Positions 50,125 to 59,138 of a stretch of 64,000 nucleotides of DNA are shown here, piece after piece. Position 1 is the stretch's first letter. Every line of letters begins with the position of its first letter. The notes beneath the pieces were generated by a model that was not told where the DNA came from, did no database searches, and saw nothing but the letters and a program-made list of their open reading frames with translations. Origin of the DNA: an uncultured beta proteobacterium (GTDB taxonomy: Bacteria > Pseudomonadota > Gammaproteobacteria > Burkholderiales > Casimicrobiaceae); NCBI GenBank assembly GCA_963828595.1, contig CAWHEN010000010.1, positions 29,048 through 93,047 of the forward strand, in the 5' to 3' direction. The position numbers were made by a program, and so were the translations under genes.

Positions 50125-51093
50125 ATGAATATCCTTACTGCAAACACACGAGCGATCGACACCATGAATCTCATTGCGAAGTTGAAGCTGATACGCCTTC
50201 TCGCTCTGATCGCCTTCTGCGCGATGCCGATGTTCGCCACGGGCGCAGAGCAGAAGACGTTCGGGACCCCCGACGAGGGAGTCGATGCGTTGCTCACGGC
50301 ACTCAAGGCCGATGACGATGCTGCGATGGTCGCGATCTTCGGCGACAAGCACAAGAACCTGATCGTGACGCCCGACCGGGCCGCGAACTCGGAAATGCGC
50401 GCCAAAGTTGCAGCCGCGATACAGACGTATCGTCTTCTTGAAGAGAAGGGGAAGGATCGCCGCGTACTGCTGATCGGCGATCAGGCGTGGCCGCTGCCGA
50501 TTCCGCTGGTTCGCGTCGGCCAGCGCTGGCGGTTCGCGACGGAGGAAGGAGAGGACGAGATCATCAATCGGCGGATCGGGGCGAACGAGCGCAGCGCGAT
50601 CAAGGTTCTCCACGCGTATCTCGATGCGCAGAAGGACTACGCCGCGCGCGACCGCATCGGCGATGGCGTCCTGCAGTACGCACAGCGGCTCGGCAGCACA
50701 CAGGGCAAGCACGACGGACTGTACTGGCCGGCCGATACGGCAAAGGGCGAGGAAGCGAGCCCATTCGGACCGCTGGTCGCGGAAAGCGCAGCGTATCTGA
50801 AGGGCCACGCGGCGGGCGATCCGTACCGCGGCTATCAATTCCGGATTCTCACGCGCCAGGGCAAGAGCGCGCCCGGCGGCGCGTACAGCTACATCATCAA
50901 TGGCCGCATGATCGCCGGCTTCGCGATGGTGGCTTATCCCGCTCAGTACGGCGATAGCGGCGTGATGACCTTCATCGTCAGCCACAACGGCAAGGTCTTC
51001 GAGAAGGATCTAGGCAAGAATTCCGCAGCGGTCGGTGCCGAACTGACTGCGTTCGACCCCGGTGCCGGCTGGAAGGAAGTGCCGGTTCCATAG
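50125..51093 (+). CDS. DUF2950 protein (usual partner of DUF3300)
   Basis: ..FGTPDEGVDALLTAL..WPLPIPLV..RRIGANERSAIKVLHAYLDAQKDYA..GLYWPA..GYQFRILTRQG..GFAMVAYPAQYGDSGVMTFIV... Confidence 0.8.
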   Translation: MNILTANTRAIDTMNLIAKLKLIRLLALIAFCAMPMFATGAEQKTFGTPDEGVDALLTALKADDDAAMVAIFGDKHKNLIVTPDRAANSEMRAKVAAAIQTYRLLEEKGKDRRVLLIGDQAWPLPIPLVRVGQRWRFATEEGEDEIINRRIGANERSAIKVLHAYLDAQKDYAARDRIGDGVLQYAQRLGSTQGKHDGLYWPADTAKGEEASPFGPLVAESAAYLKGHAAGDPYRGYQFRILTRQGKSAPGGAYSYIINGRMIAGFAMVAYPAQYGDSGVMTFIVSHNGKVFEKDLGKNSAAVGAELTAFDPGAGWKEVPVP

Positions 51094-51101
51094 GTCTGGC
51101 C

Positions 51102-51674
51102 ATGGGGGGAGACGTGAAGGTTCGGGGCAGATTCACCAACACGCGCGGTGCGGCGCGGCTCGCGGCCGCAGGATGTCTGGCGGCGGCAGCCACGCCTGCC
51201 TCCGCATCGTTTCTCTCCGGTGAGGCGCTCGACACGGCGGCGACCGTCATCGCCTGGGTCGTCATTTGCGTCGTCCCGATCGTTTGCATCGTCCTGTTCT
51301 GGCTGGTTCACGTCCTGCCCGAAAAGATCGCCGAGAAGCGGCATCATCCGCAGAAGGACGCGATCCATACGCTGTGCCTGCTGTCGCTGGCGTTCGGCGG
51401 CCTGCTGTGGCCGATCGCGTGGCTGTGGGCGTACACCAAGCCGGTCGGATATCGACTCGCCTACGGCACCGAGAAGCACGACGACTATTACCTCGAGATG
51501 GGAGAAAAGGCGAAATCCGGCGCGCTGTCGCAGGAGGACATCGTCCATCTCCGGCATGAACTCGATGTGATGGCGGCGAAAGGGACGCTCCCCGTGACAC
51601 TCAAGGCCCTGCGAAACGAGCTCGACGCGCGGCCGGTCGAGCCGGCGGTCGGCGTGAGAGCAGGAGGCGCGTAA
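51102..51674 (+). CDS. yiaW: DUF3302 (YiaW-like) inner-membrane protein with an N-terminal extension
   Basis: ..VLFWLVHVLPEKIAEKRHHPQKDAIHTLCLLSLAFGGLLWPIAWLWAY.. matches the YiaW core. Confidence 0.7.
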   Translation: MGGDVKVRGRFTNTRGAARLAAAGCLAAAATPASASFLSGEALDTAATVIAWVVICVVPIVCIVLFWLVHVLPEKIAEKRHHPQKDAIHTLCLLSLAFGGLLWPIAWLWAYTKPVGYRLAYGTEKHDDYYLEMGEKAKSGALSQEDIVHLRHELDVMAAKGTLPVTLKALRNELDARPVEPAVGVRAGGA

Positions 51675-52894
51675 TGGACATTCTCCTGCTCGGAATCTAC
51701 GCGTTCTTCGTCTGGCTGATCTTCATCAAGTTCAAGTGGCTGCCGTGGAACACGACCTCGCAAGTCACCGTCGTCATCATTCCCATCGTCGCGCTCGCGG
51801 TGATGATCCTGACGCTCAATGTGGTCGCACCTTCCTCGAGCGACGTGCGGGTTCTGAAGTACGTCGTGCAGATCGTTCCGCAGGTGAGGGGACGCGTCAT
51901 CGAGGTGCCCGTCGAGCCCAACCGGCTGGTCAAGAAGGGCGAGCTGTTGTTCCGCATCGACCCGACGCCGTATCAGAACGAGCTCAGCATCGCCAAGGCG
52001 AAGCTTGCCGTGGACGAGTCCAAGCTCGCGCAGGCTGGCGCTAACCTCGCCGAAACATCCGCCAGCGCGCGCGAATTGCGCGAGCAGCTCAAATCTGCGA
52101 GCGGACAAGTCGCGGCACTGCGGCCGCAAATCGACCTCGCACAAATGCGGGTCAGACAGAATCGTGAACTGGTGGCCACGGGCGCCGGAGACAAGTTCGC
52201 TCTGGAGCAGGCCGAAGCCAACGTGATCGCGCTCGACGCCCAGCTCGCCACCGCGACCGCCAACGAGGCGCAGGTCACGCAGAGGCTGTCAGGACAGGTG
52301 AACGGCGAACAAGCGTCGGTCGCCGCGTCGCGGGCACAGATCGTCACTGCGAAGGCGCAGGTGGACGCGAGCCGCGTCGACGTCGCGAGCAAGCAGTGGG
52401 ATCTCGACCAGACGTCCGTTTATGCGCCGACAAGCGGTTACGCGATCAACGTACAGCTGCGCCCGGGCTCGTTCGTCGCCGCACTCCCGTTGACTCCGGC
52501 GATGAGCTTCGTCGAGGAGACGTACCAGATCATCGCGCTATACAGCCAGAACGAGCTCGTTGCGGTCGAGCCGGGCAACGAAGCGGAGGTCGCGCTGGCG
52601 ACCAACCCGGGCCGCATCATCAAGGCGAGCGTCGACTCGATCATCTGGGCGCAGGGCCAGGGGCAGGCCTTGCAGTCGGGTGCACTGCCTCAAACGGGCG
52701 CCTACCCGCAGGTTCCGGGCCGGTTCCCGGTCAAGCTCAACGTGGCTGCCAAGGACCTCGAGTTGTTCCTCGCCGCAGGTGCTACCGGTGACGCGGCGAT
52801 CTACACCGATCGCGTCGAGGCCATCCAGATCCTGCGCAAGGTGCTCATTCGCGTCGGCTCGATCATGAATTACCTCGTCCTGAAGCTGCACTGA
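51674..52894 (+). CDS. yiaV: HlyD-family membrane fusion protein, YiaV-like
   Basis: TAATG overlap. The N-terminus MDILLLGIYAFFVWLIFIKFKWLPWN.. and C-terminus ..RKVLIRVGSIMNYLVLKLH parallel E. coli YiaV as I recall it. Confidence 0.85.
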   Translation: MDILLLGIYAFFVWLIFIKFKWLPWNTTSQVTVVIIPIVALAVMILTLNVVAPSSSDVRVLKYVVQIVPQVRGRVIEVPVEPNRLVKKGELLFRIDPTPYQNELSIAKAKLAVDESKLAQAGANLAETSASARELREQLKSASGQVAALRPQIDLAQMRVRQNRELVATGAGDKFALEQAEANVIALDAQLATATANEAQVTQRLSGQVNGEQASVAASRAQIVTAKAQVDASRVDVASKQWDLDQTSVYAPTSGYAINVQLRPGSFVAALPLTPAMSFVEETYQIIALYSQNELVAVEPGNEAEVALATNPGRIIKASVDSIIWAQGQGQALQSGALPQTGAYPQVPGRFPVKLNVAAKDLELFLAAGATGDAAIYTDRVEAIQILRKVLIRVGSIMNYLVLKLH

Positions 52895-54363
52895 TGTCGG
52901 TCGCTCGCATCGTGGGTCGCTGGGTGCTGCTGGTCGGCGCAGCCGGCACGATCGCCGGCTGCATCCTTAAGCGTCCGCCGGATGTGGCCGATCTCCAGCG
53001 CGAAGCGCTTCCCCACACGGCCGTGCCCGCCGAGTGGAAGGGGAAGGGTGGGCTCGCGCAACCGGTCGACGATCGCTGGCTCGCCTCGTTCAACGATCCG
53101 GTGCTGTCCGCACTCGTCGACGAAGCGATCGCCTACAACGCCGATCTGAAGATCGCGGCGGCGCGCGTCGAGCAGGCCGCGGGCTATGTGAAAATCGCCG
53201 GCGCGACGCTTCTGCCCGCGGTGGGCGTGCTTGGTCACGCCGGCGGAAAGTCCGGCGGCGACGGTGGCCTGCAGGGCATCTGGCTCAACGCTTCGCTCGA
53301 GCTCGATGTGTGGGGCCGCATCCGCTATGGCGAGGCCGCGGCGCAGGCCCAGTTCGCATCGGCCGACGCCGACTACGCCTTTGCGCGCCAGTCGCTCGCC
53401 GCAATGGTGGCAAAGAGTTATTTTTTTGCCATCGAAGCCGCGCTGCAGCGTTCGATCGCGCAGGGTGTGCTGGGGTCGTCCAACGAGCTGCTGCGCGTGT
53501 CCCAGGACCGGCTGCGCATCGGCGTCGGCGACGACCAGGCAGTCGCCGAAGCGCGCGCGGACGTCGGCACCTACCGCGACACGCTGCGACAGGTCGAGTA
53601 TTCGCGAGAACAAGCGCTGCGGGCGCTCGAGGTGCTGCTGGGCAGGTATCCCGCGGCGGAAGTCGCAGTCGCGCAACAACTGGCGGCGATGCCGGGGCCC
53701 GCTCCTGTCGGCATGCCCTCGGAGCTGCTCGAGCGCCGTCCCGACGTCATCGCGGCCGAGCGCCGCGTCGCTGCAGCGTTCGACCGGGTCGAGGAAGCGA
53801 AGGCCGCACAGCTTCCGCGCATCGCCCTGACCGCGGGCGGCAGCAGTGTCTCGAGCGAGCTCATCGTGCTAAAGGATCACAGCAATCCGATATGGGGATT
53901 CGGCGCCAATCTGATCGCGCCGCTGTATCAGGGCGGCGCACTGCGGGCGCAAGTCGAGGTGCGCACGGGCGAACAGAAGCAGGCAGTGGCCGAGTATGCC
54001 CGGGCTGCGCAGCGCGCTTTCAGCGACGTCGAAAATGCGCTGTCGGCCGAAGTCGCGTTGCGCGACCGCGATGCGATCCTCGTCGAGAACATCGTGGACA
54101 ATCAGCGGGCCCTGGATCTCGCGCAGATCCAGTTCAAGGTCGGCAAGATCGATTTGCGCGTCGTCGGGCAGCGGCAGCTTGCGCTGTATGGCGCGCGCAC
54201 GTCGCGGCTGCATGTGCAGAGCGAGCAGCTCGCGCAACGCGTCAATCTTTACTTGGCACTCGGCGGGAGTTTCGAGCCCTGCCGAAAAAACGAGCTTCAA
54301 TCAGGTGAACAAGGAATAGGCCCACACACCGGGGATATCACGCGTAGTAATGACGAATCTTGA
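52894..54363 (+). CDS. NodT-family outer-membrane efflux lipoprotein
   Basis: TGATG overlap; lipobox TIAGC; ..WLASFNDPVLSALVDEAIAYNADLKIAAARVEQA.. and ..ELLERRPDVIAAERRVAAA... Confidence 0.9.
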   Translation: MSVARIVGRWVLLVGAAGTIAGCILKRPPDVADLQREALPHTAVPAEWKGKGGLAQPVDDRWLASFNDPVLSALVDEAIAYNADLKIAAARVEQAAGYVKIAGATLLPAVGVLGHAGGKSGGDGGLQGIWLNASLELDVWGRIRYGEAAAQAQFASADADYAFARQSLAAMVAKSYFFAIEAALQRSIAQGVLGSSNELLRVSQDRLRIGVGDDQAVAEARADVGTYRDTLRQVEYSREQALRALEVLLGRYPAAEVAVAQQLAAMPGPAPVGMPSELLERRPDVIAAERRVAAAFDRVEEAKAAQLPRIALTAGGSSVSSELIVLKDHSNPIWGFGANLIAPLYQGGALRAQVEVRTGEQKQAVAEYARAAQRAFSDVENALSAEVALRDRDAILVENIVDNQRALDLAQIQFKVGKIDLRVVGQRQLALYGARTSRLHVQSEQLAQRVNLYLALGGSFEPCRKNELQSGEQGIGPHTGDITRSNDES

Positions 54364-54473
54364 TTTGAGTCAAGGTGTCCGATGCGTCGCAGCGGCACGC
54401 TAACGTCTCAGTCAGAGCACGCCAATTCCGTTACGTTTCAGATAGCACGCGCACCAATTACAGGAGAAATAGC

Positions 54474-57267
54474 ATGGCCACCACATCCTCCCGAGTACCA
54501 AATCTGGATCATTTCTTTTCGAGCTCGGCAGCGAGGCTGGATCGCTGGCGCGATCTGAATGCCAAGGCTCAAGCTTGGGCGGCGGACGCGCGCAGCGGCA
54601 AGCCTGGTGGCGGGCGCGCCGCAGCGGAAGCGGCGCTTGCGGAAGTGCGCCCGCTGGAAGACTTCTTCGCCTTTCCCGGACACCGCCTGATGAAGACACT
54701 GGCCGAGCGCATCGCGAGCGATGACGCGCTCGGAAGCGCGCGACTGGTGCGGCGCATGAGCGGCGCGCTGCTCTCGGGCAGCTATCGCAACGACGCCGGC
54801 GAATGGGAGAGCTCCGACGATAGCGCCGGCAGCGTGCCGGACCGCATGCCGCTCGCTCCCGGCAGTGGCGAGACGCACCGGCCGTACTTCGAAACACTGT
54901 TCGTCACGGCGGCGCCAGCGGCCAACTATCCGCAGATCGCCCACGAACTGCGACGCCTGCGGCGCGCCGAGGATCCGATGATCTATGAACCGGTGCTCGT
55001 CGGCAGCTTCGAGGACGCGATGATGGGCGTCATCATGAACGGCAAAGTCGAGGCCGTTGTCATCTATGACGGCATCCCGGTGCCCTCACAACACGACGTG
55101 CCGCTGCTGCGTGACTTTCTCACCGTCCATCACCAGCTGGATACGTCGAGCCTGGCGCCTCGCGATGTCGGCGTAGCCCTGGCGCGGATGATCAAGCGCG
55201 TTCGCCCCGAGCTCGACATCTACCTGCTGACCGACCGGGAGGTGGAGAAGATGGCCGGCGACCCGGCGGCCTCGATGATCCGGCGCGTGTTCTACGAAGT
55301 CGAGGAGCTGACCGAGGTGCATCTCAACATCCTCGAAGGCGTCGCCGACCGGTTCTCCTCGCCGCATTTCGACAACCTCAAGAAGTACGCCGCTCGCCCG
55401 ATCGCCACCTTCCACGCCCTGCCGATCGCGCGCGGCAAATCGATCATGAAGTCGAACTGGATTCGGGACATGGGTGAGTTCTACGGGCAGAACCTGTTCC
55501 TCGCGGAAAGCTCTTCCACGGCCGGCGGGCTGGACAGCATGCTCGAGCCGACGGGCAACATCAAGATCGCACAAGAGAAGTTCGCGCGCGCCGTCGGAGC
55601 GGACCATGTTTTCTTCGTGACCAATGGCACGTCGACGTCCAACAAGATGGTCTACCAGGCGGTGACCAAGCCGGGCGACATCGTGATCGCCGACCGCAAT
55701 TGTCACAAATCGCACCACTACGGGATGGTGCTGTCGGGCGCGCAGCCGGTGTACGTCGAAGCATTCCCGATGACCGAGTACTCGATGTACGGCGCGGTGC
55801 CGCTGCGCACCATCAAGCAGGCGCTGCTCAATCTGAAGGCCGAAGGACGGCTCGATCGCGTAAAGATGGTGACGCTCACCAATTGCACGTTCGACGGGCA
55901 CGTGTACAACACCCAGCGGGTGATGGAAGAGTGCCTGGCGATCAAGCCGGATCTCATTTTCCTGTGGGACGAGGCATGGTTCGGTTTCGCGCGCTGGTCG
56001 CCGTTCCTGCGCCCGCGCACCGGCTTGGGCGCAGCGGCCGCGCTGGAAGAGTGGCGCGACAGCCCCGCGGCGTTGGCGGCCTGGAAGGCGCAAGCCGCCG
56101 AGCTCGGCGAGGACCTCGACCCGAAGGATTCGCGTCTTCTGGAGCGGCGCCTGGTGCCCGATCCACGCAAGATACACATCCGCGTGTACGAGACCGACTC
56201 GGTGCACAAGTCGATGTCGTGCCTGCGTCAGGGCTCGATCGTAGCGGTGCGCGACGAGGACTACAAACACCACGTCTCGGCCTTCCGCGAAGCCGTTTTC
56301 ATCCACGCCTCGACCTCGCCCAACGCGCAGATCATCGGGTCGCTGGACGTCGCTCGTCGCCAGATGGAGCTGGAAGGCTATGAGTTGGTCATGAAGCTCG
56401 ATCGAGATCGCGCTGTCGATCCGCCGCTCGGTGGCCGAGCACCCGATCATCTCGAAGTATTTCCGCGTGCTCGGCGCCGACAGCATGATTCCAGCAGAGT
56501 TCCGCGCCTCGGGTTTTCGCGACTTCCTCGCCCCCGGCAGCAACTGGGTCACCGCTTTGAAGGCGGTGCGGGAGGACGAGTTCTTCCTCGACCCGACACG
56601 CATGACGCTGGTTTGCGGGTCCGCCGGCTACGACGGCACGTCGTTCAAGAACCTGCTGGCCTCGAAGTACAACATCCAGCTCAACAAGACTTCGCGCAAC
56701 AGCGTGCTGTTCCAGAGCAACATCAACAACACGCGCAGCGACGTCGCGCTCCTGATCAAGGTCTTGCTCGAGATCTCGCAGAAGATCGAGGCCGAACTCG
56801 CGGAGGACGGCGAGCCCGCGCGCGCCGCGTTCGCGGCGCGGGTGAAAAGCCTGATGGAGGATGTTCCAGACCTGCCGAACTTCAGCCGCTTCCACGACGG
56901 CTATCGCGAGGACCCGGGCAGCATCACGCTGGAAGGCGACATGCGCGGCGCGTTCTTTGCCGCCTATGAAGAGGATGACTGCGAGTACCTGCCGCTGATG
57001 AGCCCGAAGATCGACGAGCGGCTGAAGAGCGGTCCGGAGATGGTTTCCGCCAACTTCGTCATCCCGTACCCGCCGGGCTTCCCGATCATGGTGCCGGGAC
57101 AGGTGATCGAGGCCGACACCATCGGGTTCATGCGCAAGCTCGACGTCAAGGAAATCCACGGCTACAACAACACGCGCGGCCTCAAGCTGATCAAGCTGTC
57201 GGCGATTCCCCCAGCGAAATCAGGCGGAAAAGGCACGCCGGCGCGCGGCAAAAGCCAAGGAGTCTGA
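54474..57267 (+). CDS. large fold-I Orn/Lys/Arg decarboxylase with a ~140-aa N-terminal extension; one frameshift near 56398
   Basis: AGGAG RBS; wing domain ..ETLFVTAAP..; PLP region ..FFVTNGTSTSNKMV..DRNCHKSHHYG.. with PLP-Lys in ..DSVHKSMS... The C-terminal part is in frame 56431-57267 (..FVIPYPPGFPIMVPGQ..). Confidence 0.85.
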
Positions 57268-57409
57268 TTCGGAAAGCATGAGCCCATCGCCGGCGCCGTC
57301 CAAGGGCAAGTCTGCGGCCAGGCCTGCGGCCAGGCGTTGAGAGTCATGAAGCGACAAGTGCTGGTTAACGTGTTGGCGTCAACGAAATCATCTTGATTGG
57401 AGAAGGCAA

Positions 57410-59099
57410 ATGGTGGATTTCATCGTCACAACATTGCAGAAATCCCCGGAGCTCGCGATCTTCGCGTCGCTTGCGCTCGGCTATTGGATCGGCGTCATCA
57501 AGTTGGGCAGCTTCAGCCTCGGCACGGTTACCGGCACCCTTCTGGTTGCGATCCTGATCGGTCAGCTGGGTATCGTCGTATCGCCCAACGTCAAGTCGAT
57601 TTTCTTCATCATGTTCCTGTTCGCGGTCGGTTACGGTGTGGGACCGCAGTTCGTTCGCGGTATCGCCACGGACGGGCTGCCGCAGGCCATTTTCGCCGTG
57701 GTGATATCGGTGCTCTGCCTGGTCTCGGTCTATGTGGCGTGCATCGTCGCGGGGTATGACGCGGGGTTCGGCGCAGGCCTTCTGGCGGGTTCCCAAACGA
57801 TTTCGGCGGCCATGGGTCTCGCGACCGACGCGTTCAACGGGCTGGGGTTGGCGCCCGACAAGACCAAGGAACTGGCCGATCACATGCCCGTTGCCTACGC
57901 CATAACCTACATCTGGGGCACGATCGGAACCGGCGTCATTCTCTCGATATTGGGTCCCAAGCTCCTCGGCGTCGATCTCGAGGCCGAATGCAAACGATAC
58001 GAAAAGGAAATGTCGGCCGGGGCGCCTTCCGGCGGCATGCAGTCAGCGTATCGCCGCACCGACATACGAGCCTACAAGATCGGCGATCGGATGCCACGCG
58101 GGATGACCGTGGCCGGCGCCGAGGCCCACCACGGGGACGCTCGCATATTCGTCCAGCGTCTGCGTCGTGACGGCAAGCTGATGGAGTTCACACCGACGAC
58201 GGCCCTGCAGCAGGGGGATGTCGTCGCGGTGGCCGGCAGGACTGAAGCGCTGGTCGAGGTGCTAGGCAAATACGGCAACGAAGTTTCCGATCCCGAGTTG
58301 CTGGATATGCCCGCGGAAGCCGTCGATGTCGTCCTGACCAACAAGGCCTACGACGGCAAGACGCTGCTCGAGTTGATGAAGACCGATTTCGCGAGGGGCG
58401 TCTACCTGAACAAGATCACCCGCGGCGCCACTTCCGTCAACATTCCGATACTGGCGCAGACCAAGGTCAATCGCGGCGACATCCTGCGTATCGCGGGTGC
58501 GGGCGCGAGCCGTAGCCGAGGCCGTCAAGAATCTGGGATACGCAGACCGGCCGACGAATGCAACCGACATGGTCTTTGTCGGTCTGGGCATAGTCGTCGG
58601 CGGCCTGATTGGCGCTATCGTCATGCCGGTCAAAGGTATTCCGATTACGCTGTCGACATCCGGCGGCGCGTTGATCGCCGGCATCATCGTCGGTTGGCTG
58701 CGCGGGGTTCGTCCAACCTTCGGTCGCATTCCGGCGCCCACACTCTGGTTCATGAACAGCGTTGGCCTGAACGTGTTCATCGCCGTCGTGGGGCTTACGG
58801 CCGGTCCGACCTTCGTCGCCGGCATCAAGCAGGCCGGGTTCGGTCTGTTCCTCTGGGGATTGTTCGCGACTACCGTCCCGATGCTGTTGGCGCCATGGAT
58901 CGGAAAGTACATCTTCAAGTTCGATCCTGCCATCAACCTGGGTTGCTGCGGCGGCGCTCGCACGAGTACCGCGTCCGTCGCAATGGTTGCCGACGTGGCC
59001 AAGAGCGACATTCCAATGCTCGGCTATACGGTGCCGTATGCGGTCAGCAACACGCTGCTCACGCTGTGGGGCCTGGTCATCGTTTTGATGCTTTCGTAA
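57410..59099 (+). CDS. aspT: AspT/YidE/YbjL-family (AAEx) antiporter, aspartate:alanine exchanger type; one frameshift near 58498
   Basis: ..[34 protein letters not shown].., central TrkA_C-like domains, second half ..[24 protein letters not shown].. in frame 58497. Confidence 0.8.
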
Positions 59100-59138
59100 A
59101 CCGCGCATCTCCGGTGCCTGAACTCGCAAGGAGAAATC

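Noticed and set aside
57281-57346. A 20-codon basic mini-ORF (MSPSPAPSKGKSAARPAARR) and the direct repeat CTGCGGCCAGG x2 between the decarboxylase and aspT, as a leader peptide or attenuator.
   Set aside because: No RBS is present, no alternative hairpins are evident, and such short ORFs arise by chance in high-GC DNA. I cannot support it from the sequence alone.
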